The position numbers and the translations under genes are program-made. A stretch of DNA of 64,000 bases, from the NCBI RefSeq assembly GCF_020745735.1, contig NC_083409.1:15347873-15411872 (forward strand), written 5' to 3'. Each line of letters opens with the position of its first letter. Positions within the stretch are counted from its first letter, which is position 1. The notes under the pieces were generated by a model that was given only the letters and a program-made list of their open reading frames with translations, did not search any database and was not told the origin of the DNA. This document shows, piece by piece, positions 13,144 through 25,399 of the stretch. Origin of the DNA: Hemiscyllium ocellatum (taxonomy: Eukaryota).

Positions 13144-13283
13144 GTGTCTCTCTCAGTGTGTGTGTGTTACTTAGTGCAGCCTGTAGGTGTCTCTCTCAGT
13201 GCGAGTGTGTTACTCTGTGCTGCCTGTAGGTGTCTCTCTCAGTGCGAGTGTGTTACTCTGTGCTGCCTGTAGGTGTCTCTCTG
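13144..13283. repeat. 43-bp minisatellite, about 3.2 copies
   Basis: gtgtctctctcagtgcgagtgtgttactctgtgctgcctgtag; units 2 and 3 identical. Confidence 0.95.
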
Positions 13284-13432
13284 AGGTCTGTGTCTCCGAG
13301 CGATGGATTGAGAATGGGCTTTGTGCTGGGGATTGAAGATCAGGCTTTAATCTTCTCAAATCATGAATGAAAAACAGTTCTGCTGATTCAGTCTGAGATA
13401 GCAGTTCATTCAGATGGCCAAAGTTAAAAAGC

Positions 13433-13520
13433 ACACAATACCAGGTTTGAGTCAAACAGGTTTATTTGGAAGTAGAAGTGCTCGGTGCGCTGTTCCTTCA
13501 TCAGGTAGCTGAAGGGGCAG
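13433..13520 (-). mobile_element. Relic of the short repeat family also at 38944-39212
   Basis: aaaagcacacaataccaggttt..gtc.aacaggtttatttggaag...ccttcatcaggt. Confidence 0.6.
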
Positions 13521-14226
13521 GATCACAGGACACAGAGTTTATAGTGTTTCATATGGCAGCTGAGAGTGTATTCTCGGTAAAGGAGGGGTTTCAGAGGCAG
13601 TGGGCACTGTGCTCCCTAATGTGTTGCCCAATTACAAGGGGATTTTCTGGATACAGGTTCAGAGCAGTAGTGGCTGCCTGCCCAGCCAATGCTGGCTCAC
13701 CATAGTTGTATTTCAGTTGTCAATTAGCCCGAAATTAGGAGCAGCAATATTATCTTCCAGGGAGGGGAGCTGTCTGAGGGAGGGAGGTTGAATTCTTGCA
13801 GCTCCAAGAGAGGTTGCCGTGGATTAATGACAGGTATGACCACCATGAAGGTGCCAAGTTCTCTCCTCCTGTCCCAGCTGTGATGCCCCTCAGGTTAAAA
13901 ACGTGACTGTGCTAGTTTAGGATGATGACCATGTTCCTGGATGAGGTAGGGAGGGAAGGTCAGCCTCTCCCAAAGGCAGCACAAGCTGGATCGAAGGGGC
14001 ATCAAGCGTAAGCATGGGGAGATTGAGGGTGACAGGAGGAGGGGGTTGGTTCGCAAGTTGTTATTCAGTCAGGTCGCAGAGTCCTGCTCCTTGGATGCTG
14101 CCTGACCTGCTGTGCTTTTTCAGCAGCACATTTTCAGCCCTGATCTCCAGCATCTGCAGTCCTCCCTTTCTCCTATCAATACTTCTGACAGTCCCCATTT
14201 ATTTTTCTTAGAACCTCTGACACTCC

Positions 14227-15250
14227 TGTTTATTTTTTTTCTATTGCCCTACTCTACTGCCTAACAGTGGTCTTGCTTATTTTTTCCCCAGCACCCATGG
14301 TGTGTGTGTGCAGGTGTGAGACACAGTGAGAGACACAAGGTGTCCGAAACTTGATTCAGTTTCCACCACCAGGAAGAAAGGAAACACCCGAGTGGCCTGT
14401 GACAAGCAGTGCCCTTCACATCAAAGGGCAATGCTGTGTGATCAAACAGTGAAGGGGAGGGCAGGGATTAAATCAAAATAGAGTTGGAGGGGGATATAAT
14501 GCCCTCCACTCCCTGCGGTGCCCCCCTCTCCTTGAACAACTCCAGGGTGTTGCTGGACACCGCGTACTCCCTCTCCAAGGACACCCGAGTTCTAACGTAA
14601 CCAGGGAAGAGGAGCAGGCAGTCGGCCCTCACGTCCCCCTCCACGACCCGCTGCCTGGACCTGTTTATGGGCAGTTTGGCCAGGCCCAGGAGCAGACCCA
14701 CGAGCAGGACTTCAGACCTGCCCTCCCTCCTCCGTACCAGGTGCCCGAAGATCAGGAGCGTGGGACTGAAGTGCAACCAAAAACAGAGGAGGAGGTTTTT
14801 AAGAAAATCAAGAAGGAAGTGCAAACGCCCACACCCAATATATACATGGTCCATGGACTCCACAGCACCACAGAACAAGCAGTTGTGCTGGGAGTCTGTG
14901 AACCACCACAATCTGCGGTTGCAGGGGACCGCTGCATGCAGCACCCTCCACCCCAGATCCCCGAGAGAAATGGGGAGGACTCCCACTTAGAGAGCCCTCC
15001 ACCGGGGATCCCTCCCCTGACCTCGAGCTCTCTGAGGCTAAAACGTCTGTCCTCAGGAAAAGGCTCACAGTCGTTCCCGCCCGACCCCACCTCAACAAAA
15101 CGCGCACCCGCCACGAGCGGAGCTCTTCTTCCGCTGCCTCTATCTCCGTGTCTTTTTCTTTAACAAAAACTCCCAACCTCCCTCTGAGGACCCCTCGTCC
15201 CACCTCCAACATTCCTCCTTCACTTGGTCACCCCCCCATCCCCCACCACC
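14227..15250 (-). mobile_element. Tx1-clade LINE 3' fragment (ORF2 C-terminal zinc-finger region)
   Basis: WRVLHAAVPCN...CLFCGAVESMDHVYIGCGRL zf-RVT-like motif; T-rich tail on + strand. Confidence 0.85.
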
Positions 15251-15369
15251 AGCTGTGTACACATCCTAGACCTCTTCAGTGCTGACCACTGAGGTGACAT
15301 TAGCAGCCTCGTTTTCTCCATGTCCTCCCGCAACCCCGTCACCCTCTCCAACCATCCCTACTCTGATTG

Positions 15370-17450
15370 AGGACTCCACTTTCTCTGCACCAACCCCTGG
15401 TTCACTATCAAGCCCACTGACAAAGATGGGGTGGTGTTAGTCTGGAGAACAGACCTAAATGTCACATAGGGCGAACGCCAATTCTCCAATACCATGCCCT
15501 ACTTTTCCCTTGCCCATGACCCCGCGGTGACCCATCAGGCCAAAATCACTCACACTATCAGTGCCCCCATTGCCTCCAGTGATCTCCCCTCCATTGCCTC
15601 CAATCTCATATACCCCCAACCCCACAAGGCCCAGTTCTATCTGCTCCTCAAGATCCACAAGTCCAACTCCCCCGGCTGACCCATTGTCCCAGCATGCTCC
15701 TGCTCCAGCAAACTCCTCTCATCCTACCTCAACTCTCCTCCTTGTTTCAGGCACTTCCCACCTACATCCGCTACACCAACCACAACCTCCATCTCTTCAG
15801 TAACGTCCAGATCCCTAGCCCTGAGCACTTTATCTCCACTATGGGTGTGCAGTCCTTATATATGTCCATACCCAATAAGGATGCCTCCAGACCCTCCACC
15901 TTTTCCTCTGCAACAGACCCATCCAGTCCCCCTCCACCAATACCCTCCTCCGCCTTGCTGAACTAGTCCTCACCCTCAACAACGTTTACTTTAACTCCTC
16001 CCATTTCCTCCAAATCCAGAGAGTGGCCATGGGCACCCAGATGGGCCCCAGCTACGCTTGCTTCTTTATTGACTATGTTGTACAGTCCCTCTTCAGTATC
16101 TACGCAGGCACTGTGCCCCAACTCTTCCGCCATTACATCAATGACTGCATCAGTGCAGTGACCTGCACCCAGGCTGAACTGGAGCAGTTCATCGGCTTTG
16201 CCCACAACTTCCACCCCGTCCTCAAATTCCCTTGGTCCATCTCGGACACCTCCCTCCCCTTTTTTGACCTCTCCATTTCCAATTCTGGTGATAATCTACA
16301 GACAGACATTTACTACAAACCCACAGATTCCCATATCTAGCTGGACTACACCTCCTCTCACCCAGTATCCTGTAAGAACTCCATTTCATTCTCCCAATTC
16401 CTCTGCCTCTGCCCCATCTGCTCGGATGAGGAGATATTCCACTGATCACAGATGTCCAACTGTTACGGACAATGTGCTTTTCCTCCTTCTGCCATCCACT
16501 GCACCAGGTCTATTTCCTGTTCCACTGCTCTAAACCCACCTCCCTCTAAATACAATAAAGGCAGAATCCCTATTGTTGTCACCTATCACCCCAGCAATCT
16601 CTGAATCCAACGCATCATTCTTAAACACTTCCATCAACTCTAACTAGACAACACCACCAAATACATCTTCCTCTCCCCACCCCTGGCTGCTTTCCACAAG
16701 GACCATTCCCTTCGATAATTCTTGATCTGTGTCACTCACACTGCAACCATCCTGAACCCCTCGGTACCTTCCCCTGAAACCTGAAAACATGCAAAGCCTG
16801 CTGGTACACCAATCCCACACCTCCATCCAGGGCCCCAAACAGTCCTTCCAGGTGAGACAGAGGTTCACCTGCTTCACCTCCAACCTAGATTACTGCATCA
16901 GGTGTTCCCCATGTGGTCTTCTCTACATCGGGAAGAGCAAACGTAAACTGAGGAACATTTCACCGAACATCTCAGCCAGACCCGCAGGGGCCGAGCAGTC
17001 CTACCAGTCAGCACCCATTTTAATTCCCCTTCCCACTCCATTTTTGACATGACCAACATTGGCGTCCTCCATTGCCACAATGAACCAAACCACATATTGG
17101 AGGAACAACATCTCATCTTCCTTCTGGCAGCATACAGCCCAGATGACTCAACATTGAGTTCTCCAATTTCAAATAACCTCCCTTCACATCCCCGACCCCC
17201 TTCCCAGCACCTCTCCCTCCCTTCCACTACTCCCTTACACCTACCAGATTCATTCCTCCCACTGACCAACCAGGTCATACCCTCCACCTGTCATCACCTA
17301 TCCCCACTTCATCATCCTGTCACGGCACCTCTTTATCTGCAGCTCCTCCTACACCCACTCCCATTCCTGAAGAAGGGTTCCACCTGAAACATCAGCTTCT
17401 CCACCGCCTGATGCTGCCTGACTTGCTGTGTTCTTCCAGCCTCCTGCCTG
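15370..17450 (+). mobile_element. Penelope-like retroelement (RT plus GIY-YIG), decayed
   Basis: TIKPTDKDGVVLVW, MAMGTQMGPSYACFF, YYKPTDSH, CIRCSPCGLLYIGKSKRKL, LEEQHLIFLL in shifting frames. Confidence 0.9.
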
Positions 17451-17579
17451 TCATTGAATGGAACCAGCAGGAAAGGGTCAGACAATCAAGGGTCAGGCTC
17501 ACAAACAAATGGGAATGGGATGTGCTACAGACAGATGCATTGAGCCAGTCAATCACAAAGAGAAGACCAAACTGGAAAT

Positions 17580-17940
17580 GCAACACTAATACACAGTGGA
17601 TGGAATTTAATATCAGAAAGTGTGAGACCATGAACTTGGGCCAGAATAATCTAAAGGCTGACTATTATTTAAATAGTGAGAGATTCCAACAAAGTGCAGT
17701 ACAGAGTGATCAGGGTGGTATTGTGCATGGGACACTGAAAGTTAGTGCAGGTACAGCAAGTAATTGAGAAGGTGAATGGAATTTTCACCTTTATTGCTGG
17801 GGGTTGGAATTTAAAAGCAGAGAAGTCTTGTTAAAACTGTACGGGGTGTTAGTGAGGCTGCATCTGGGGTATTGTGTGCAATTTTGGTCTCGGTATTTAA
17901 GAAAGTATGGACAGCCGTTGGAGTCTTCCTCCAACTCCTA
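17580..17940 (+). mobile_element. Old CR1 fragment
   Basis: MEFNIRKCETMNLG; LYGVLVRLHLGYCVQFWS. Confidence 0.75.
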
Positions 17941-20180
17941 TTTCCCATGTCCTTGTGTGCTCCAATGTCCTTCCCTCACAGCAGAGCTGGTTGGAGCCTG
18001 CCTGCAGTAGCAGCCTCCAGTCTCTGGGTGGTGCTACCAAATGATCTGCATTGCCCAGGCTGTCACAGTTCCCACATTACAATAATGTCTGGTTTTTGGA
18101 AGCATTCCATTGCCTGTAAAATATTTTCGAACATCCTAAGTTCAAGGAAGGTATAACAAAAATATAATTCTCTCTCCTTTTATATTTTATCTTGATGCCT
18201 TCCCACCTGTCTCCTAACAACATCACAGACTTGTGTAAAATTTAGAATGAATCATGAATCTCTGGGAGAATTTACTCTGTGACAACACGGGGATTAATGA
18301 CCACCTCCTCAGTGGGCTTTGAGGGTGAAGGTCAATAGCACGCTCATTGGGACTTGATCTGAGTTATCTCCAGTTAGTCAGTGTTATTGTTCTGGGACCA
18401 GACAGTACTGACCAATCCTGTGTTCTGATTGAGATGAAGGGTGAGCTGTGCTGGGCTTTCACACGTGGCTTACACACACATAGTGAAGCATGGATTACCC
18501 TTTTCATGTGAGTAAATGGAACTAACAAAATGGGTGGATGTGACACCCCCAAACTCTCCCTAAGATAGTGGGGACAGGAACAGTTATATTCTCAGACAGA
18601 AAGAATGATAGAAATGGTACCCTACAGACAGAGGCGGGACAGGAAAAGCAACGCTCCCGAAAGACAGGGGACAGAAACTGTCTGTTCCCTACTTTCTTGT
18701 TGTGACACATGACCTTGGGAAATTAGTTTGATTTCTATTTTCTCAGTTGGATTTGGGTTTGATGAGGTGATTCGGGAACAAGTATTCCAATTCCTTATTT
18801 CCTGTCACAGCAGATCCACTGAAGTTCATCCTTTCATTTGGAGCTTGCCCAGGTTTCTGTCCAGGCTGATACAGCATGGTCTATCAGTGCTGCTCCTATT
18901 GGGCTAAACCATCACACACGAGGGAACCTGACAAACCCTTTTTGTTTGTGCTGGCAAATGGAGAGATTTGCTTTTACTACAATAGCGACCAAAGAAATCA
19001 GTCAGCGGATGTGTTTCTAGCTGAGCACAATGTTCTGATGTTCATGATGGGATTAACCTCGACAGTTCCCACTTGCCTTTACACCGACAGTGGAACAGGA
19101 AGTCACCATGCAGTGGTCTCCTGGCTCACACTGAGAAACCGAGTTGATGGTATAACTGTAGAGAGCAAGACAATGGCTTGGACTCACCGAACAACCAGAG
19201 GCTTCAGCCAACAACTGGGTCACAGGCAAATGGTGTGTTGTGTAAACTCTCAGTATCTCAGGGAACAAACACAACTACTGAGCTACAAAACTGAACAGGA
19301 TATTTTTATGAAAATCGGCATTCCAAAAATGAAATCCAGACACAATATATATAAAACCTGGGTACAATCTAATTTCAGAGACTGCAGCATTTTCTTTGAA
19401 AGCTGGACAATAACGAGATTGAAATTCAGCCACCCACTCCGTCACACGGTGTTGAAGTTGCACTGTCCTCAGCATAACACGGTTCAAAGCCTTTTAATAA
19501 CACGAAAGGGGAGAGGAACATTGCAAACTGTATTACCACGAGTGAGGATCCATTAAAAACTAAGACCATGATGTTAAATGCTCCCAGCCATAAACAACAC
19601 TGATGCATTCACATCATTAGTTTGTTAAGTGATGTTAAAAAGTCTGCCAACCACTTTCATGAAGAAGGAATATTTAAATCTCAAGAGGCATTGATGACTT
19701 TTTTTCAGGACTATAGCAAGGAAGCAGCAGCTGGCATATAAACTCTAACACACTAATGATAACAGGCATTTAGTACAGAGCTGGCTCTGAGAGAAAACAA
19801 TCAACAGCAGAGATCTGTCCAGTGCTGGGAACACATTAGACAAGACATTTGGTTGCCAGCAAGTTTCTGCAGCTTGAAAACTCCAGTACATTCAGAAAGG
19901 GAAAAAGGACGATGTGCAGATTGTTGAACAGGTCCCGACACTTGGGCCTGAGGCAGGAGCCCAAGCTCCAACACACTGGCCTCACTTCACACCAACCTTC
20001 ACACAGTGCGGGATCATGAACTCCGGCCATCAATCCCTCTGGGACCGGGACGGAGTGAGGGAACAGGGACAATTGTAGAAGAGTCAATAAGGAGTAAAGC
20101 AAGATGGAGAGGGTGTTTTGGAAAGGGGTGAGAGGAGGAAATATACTTTGTGCCCCTCGATACTGATATTGTCCATTTGT

Positions 20181-21422
20181 TCAAAGTTTGTGCGAAGATT
20201 TGTAGCTCGGGTGCTTGTTGTAGTGGTTCTGTTCGCCGAGCTGGAAGTTTTTGTTGCAAACATTTCGCCCCCTGGCTAGGAGACATCATCAGTGCTCTGG
20301 AGCCTCCTGCGAAGCGCTTCTTTGATATTTGTTCCGACATTTATAGTGGTCTGTCCTTGCCGCTTCCAGGTGTCAGTTTCAGCTGTCCGCTGTAGTGGTT
20401 GGTATATTGGGTCCAGGTCGATGTGTTTGTTGATGGAGTTTGTGGATGAATGCCATGCCTCTAGGAATTCCCTGGCTGTTCTCTGTCTGGCTTGCCCTAT
20501 GATAGTAGTGTTTTCCCAGTCGAATTCATGTTGCTTGTTGTCTGAGTGTGTGGCTACTAGGGATAGCTGGTCGTGTCGTTTCGTGGCTAGTTGGTGTTCA
20601 TGTATGCGGATTGTTAGCTGTCTTCCTGTTTGTCCTATATAGTGTTTTGTGCAGTCCTTGCATGGTATTTTATAAACTACATGGGCGGCACGGTGGCACA
20701 GTGGTTAGCACTGCTGCCTCACAGCGCCTGTAGACCCGGGTTCAATTCCCAACTCAGGCGACTGACTGTGTCGAGTTTGCAAGTTCTCCCCGTGTCTGCG
20801 TGGGTTTCCTCCGGGTGCTCCGGTTTCCTCCCACAGTCACAAAGATGTGCAGGTTAGGTGAATTGGCCATGCTAAATTGCCCGTAGGGTTAGGTAAGGGG
20901 TAAATGTAGGGGTATGGGTGGGTTGCACTTCGGCGGGTCGGTGTGGACTTGTTGGGCCGAAGGGCCTGTTTCCACACTGTAAGTCTAATCTAATCTACAT
21001 TAGTTTTGCTCATGTTGGGTATTGGCTCCTTTGTTCTAGTAAGTTGTTGTCTGAGCGTGGCTGTTGGTTTGTGTGCCGTTATGAGTCCTAGGGGTCGCAG
21101 TAGTCTGGCTGTCAGTTCTGAAACGCTCCTGATGTATGGTAGTGTGGCTAGTCCTAAAAAAGCCAGGGAATTCCTAGAGGCATGGCATTCATCCACAAAT
21201 TCCATCAACAGACACATCGACCTGGACCCAGTATACCAACCACTACAGCGGACAGCTGAAACTGACACCCGGAAGTGGCAAGGACAGACCACTATAAAAT
21301 GCCGGAAGAAACATCAAAGAAGCGCTTCGCAGGAGGCTCCAGAGCACTGATGATGTCTCCTAGCCAGGGGGCGAAATGTTTGCAACAAAAACTTCCAGCT
21401 CGGCGAACAGAACCACTACAAC
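20181..21422. mobile_element. Penelope-like element with inverted terminal segment
   Basis: GIY-YIG region on minus strand, inverted 3' copy at about 21155-21422; 13-bp TSD attgtccatttgt at 20168-20180 and 21423-21435. Confidence 0.92.
20683..20994 (+). mobile_element. HE1-type tRNA-derived SINE nested in Penelope
   Basis: A box ggtggcacagtggttagc, B box gggttcaattcc, (ctaat)n tail, TSD ctacat. Confidence 0.95.
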
Positions 21423-21611
21423 ATTGTCCATTTGTATCACAGAATGAACAAAACAGCACACTGTGAAGACAATCACAAGTTACACCAAAGTACTTTTCTT
21501 ATCACAGGGGACATTTTCATTGTGGTACGATAAGTACCCTGCTTCTGAAGCTGGACACACTCTCTGCATCTTTACAGTTTATTCTTTACTGATCAGTGAC
21601 AGTGAAGCAGC

Positions 21612-21625
21612 TGCCCTCTAGTGGC
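21612..21625 (-). promoter_or_regulatory. Candidate CTCF site
   Basis: tgccctctagtggc = GCCACTAGAGGGCA on minus strand, in a small CpG-containing patch. Confidence 0.55.
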
Positions 21626-22829
21626 GAGAGAGAGCGCTTGCCTTGCTGCTGAGGATTATGGGTAAAGTCCCCTTCCATTCGCGCCCACACAAACCAGCAG
21701 CTACTTCAGCTGCTTTATTGAAAACCACAAACTTTCAAGGGGCTGCTCTTTCAACGGTGGAACATCAGTTGAGGCCAAACCAACTTGTCATATAGCTGAG
21801 CACATCTTCCTGGCTTTTAGAGACACACAATTATACGAATTAGGGACAGATGAAGGAGATTCATCCTCTTGATCCTGTTCCACATGGTGGATCTGATTAT
21901 TCCACATTCTTGCCTAACTCTGATAGATTACTGATAAGCAAGGGCTGAAAGGCTGTCTAATTCTTCATTACAAGTATTCAGAGATTTCTGTTGACCTTTT
22001 GAACAAGAGTTTCAAAGACCTATGACTGTATACAAGACAAAGAATTCTGCTTTTCTCATTCTTAAATGAGGGAACATATTTTAGTTTTGCATTACCCACG
22101 AAAACGTAACATTTTTTTCACATCCAGACTGTATTCTATGCTAATGTTGATATGGCATCTGCTTTATCAGCTGCTCTCACATGAAAACAGCTGCCTGTGC
22201 TGACACCTTCAGTGACTAATGCACATAAGCATCCAGGTCCTACTGCCCCTACAGCTATCCATATTTGTATCCTTTAATTTGATTTGTCTCACCACATTTT
22301 CCTTCCAAAATGAATCACCGACATCGCTTTCCATTAAATTGTATCTGTAATCATCTGCTCATTCCATTATCTTACCGACATCCTTTATGAAATTCGACAC
22401 TATCTTCTTCATAAGCCGCAATACTTCAAAGTTTTATATCATCAGAAAACTTTGAAATTATGCCTTGTACACTCAGGTTAACATAGATTTATTGTGAACA
22501 TTTATTTTAAATAAATTATCATCTGTTTTGACCAAATCCCCCAGTCAGTTCAGCCATGGCTAACCTGGAACACATTCCCCCTTAGTTCTGTAAACCTTAC
22601 TGTCCTGAGCGAACGAACATCGAACCCCGGCCTTGACAGCTTTTCCAAATGCGAGTACCAGATTTTCACACTTTTTCAGAAGGAGTTCTTCCTGAAATCA
22701 TCCTAATTTTAATTTTAACAACCCTCTTGTTCTGAACTCTGGCACTGGAGAAAACAATTTACATCAACATTGTTAATCATTTCCAGAGGAAAAGCCTTAC
22801 TTGTACAACCTATTTGCTCTCATTAACAG

Positions 22830-23165
22830 TTTCAGGTCTGAAGGTGACATGACAGGCTGGATACTGAGAGGATGGTTCCTGTTGTAGGGCAGACAAGAAC
22901 TAGAGGGTCAATTTAACACAAAGCAGTCTCCCGTTTAAAACCAGGAAGTTTTGTTTTGACGGCTGAGAGTTGACAGTCTGTGGAATTCTCTTCTCTACAT
23001 GGGAATGGAGCTTGGGTTTACTCAAGCTTGAGGTAGACAGATTTTTGATGAACATGGCAGTTAAGTGTAATGGGAGAATTGGGGGAAGCAGAAAGTACAG
23101 CTGAGACCACACCCAGATGAGCAATGATCTTCTTTCATTGGCACAGCAGCTCCCAAAAGGCCTGC
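22830..23165 (+). mobile_element. Old CR1 3' fragment
   Basis: agaactagagggtca...tggaattctc...gagaccacacccagat...aaaaggcctgctcctgctcct. Confidence 0.65.
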
Positions 23166-23834
23166 TCCTGCTCCTGGGCCCTATGTTCTGGCAGTGGCTG
23201 CAGCAATCCTGGACCCCCATCTTTCCTTTGTCACTCACTGACAGAAATATAATTTCAAAACAAACATTATTTTCTTTAACAAACTCAACTCAACTCTCGT
23301 TACATTATTTTTCTCAGCTGCCTTCTTATCGCCACAGGGTTTGGGAAACATACATTTGTCTTCAGTTGGAAGGGAGGCAGACAGAGACAGAGCGAGGCCT
23401 CAGAGAACACAGAGAGCTCTCACTCTGCACAGCAAAGCTTTTTTTGGGTGGGGGTGAAGAGGAGAGAATCACGGGGAAAAGAGAACTTAGAGTTCAAAAT
23501 AAAAGCTCTTCGCATATTGCCATCACTTAATGAATTAATGTGAGAGGATTAGAGACCCAGAGCAATGAGAGTGTGGTGCCTCAGAGGCTAAAAGGCAGAC
23601 ATTATTCCTTCTGAGGGCATGAATGCCAGTGATAAGCCTCAAATGTATTGCCCATCTCCAGCTGCTCGGACTGCGTTCTTTGCTGAACCAGATCATGGGG
23701 CCGTTAAGAATTTATTGAGTCAGTGTGAGACTGGAGTCACAAGACCGGGTAATGACTGGGTTCCCTTGCCCAAAGAACATTCATGAACATGACGTTAAGT
23801 TTCATGGGTTTTTTTGTTCAGATCCCAATGATGA

Positions 23835-25362
23835 TGTAGACCCCCGTGCAGGACCCCTCGATCTCATGATCGGTCAAAAGAATCACTAGGATTACGGTCT
23901 GGTTAAAGCAAGGTTACTAGTTTAATAAATTAAGGCAGTCTGCGCAGATTTGTCCAGCAACACAGAGGTTGAAAGCTTCTGTGTTCCATGGACAAATGGC
24001 ACAATTAGATGCAAAAATTACACATTATTTATATGTTTTTTAAGAGATAGGACAGCCTTAAGTACAAGCAAAGACCAATCACATATAATAAGTTGACATG
24101 ATTTACAGCAGGTTAATACAATGATATTTCCTGGGAAAGGGTTCTTAATTACAAGAAAAGTTCGATCAACCATAATAAAGTGATATGATTGCCAACAGGC
24201 CAGTCCAATGATATTCCCTGGGAAACAGATTGCTATATTCAAAATTTGTGAGAAGTTTTGTAGCTCGGGTGCTCGTTGTTGTGGTTCTGTTCGCCGAGCT
24301 GGGAGTTTTTGTTGCAAACATTTCGTCCCCTTTCTAGGTGACATCTTCAGTGCTTGGGAGCCTCCTGTGAAACGCTTCTGTGCTGATTCCTCTAGCATTT
24401 ATAGTGGTTTGAATATGCCGCTTCTGGTTGTCAGTTGCTGTTCGCTGCAGTGGTCGGCCAAAGGACTGGCCACACTACCATATATCAGGAGCATTTCTGA
24501 ACTGACAGCCAGACTGCTGCGACCACTAGGACTCATAACAGCACACAAACCAACAGCCACTCTCAGACAACAACTCACCAGGACAAAGGACCCGATACCC
24601 AGTAGGAGCAAAACCAATGTAGTGTACAAAATCCCATGCAAGGACTGCACAAAACACTACATAGGACAAACAGGAAGACAGCTAACAACCCACATCCATG
24701 AACACCAACTAGCCATGAAACGACACGAACAGCTATCCCTAGTCGCCATACACTCAGATGACAAACAACACGAATTCGATTGGGAGAACACCACTATTAT
24801 AGGGCAGGCCAAACAGAGAGCAGCCAGGGAATTCCTAGAGGCATGGCACTCATCCACAAATTCTATCAACAGACACATCAAACTAGACCCTATATACCGG
24901 CCACTGCAGCGGACAGCGACTGACAACTGGAAGCGGCAGATTCAAACCAGTATAAATGCCGGAGGAATCAGCACAGAAGCGCTTCACAGGAGGCTCCCAA
25001 GCACTGAAGACGTCACCTAGAAAGGGGATGAAACGTTTGCAACAAAAACTCCCAGCTCGGCGAACAGAACCACAACAACAGACTGTTAGATGCACAGAAT
25101 TACTCTAGGTTTGCTAGTTCAGGATTAGTTCAAATACCAAATCACTGTCTTATAATTCCTATTCTGAAAAATCCATTGTATTCTCTGAACTTGTATTTAG
25201 CTTAACCCAGCAAAGCAGCAGCACAAGTTCACAAGAGTCAAATCATTACTTTCAGCCATGCTGTTGTGTTATTATAAATTGAAAATCCGTTTTGTTGTTA
25301 GTATAAATCTGCATATATTTGTTGCTTCTGACAATAACCTAAATTCAAATTTTAGATCCTCA
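23835..25362 (-). repeat. ERV 3' LTR (interrupted by Penelope)
   Basis: PPT gacaaaggggggaa directly followed by TGAGG at 25362; ATTAAA near 23926; ends ...gtctaCA at 23835 (this end less certain). Confidence 0.7.
24239..25079 (+). mobile_element. Penelope-like element with inverted 5' copy of its terminus; open GIY-YIG domain
   Basis: ORF 24208-25020: VVYKIPCKDCTKHYIGQTGRQL...REFLEAWHS; 24259-24460 is an inverted copy of the 3' end. Confidence 0.92.
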
Positions 25363-25399
25363 TTCCCCCCTTTGTCATTCTATGACCACACCATAAAGG

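Larger units (their letters stand above)
18050..21460 (+). repeat. Duplicated non-coding block, copy B
   Basis: Direct homologue of copy A and inverted homologue of 31925-33460. Confidence 0.85.

Noticed and set aside
13587-13611. RSS-like ggtttcaga...cactgtg
   Set aside because: 9-bp spacer, poor nonamer, and it lies downstream of the C exon
14667-15212. Several overlapping ORFs of 107-140 aa
   Set aside because: Alternative frames and antisense of the GC-rich Tx1 element
18876-19556. 226-aa ORF
   Set aside because: No recognisable domain, and the frame is broken in the inverted copy C
20683-20760. tRNA-like sequence
   Set aside because: SINE head, not a tRNA gene
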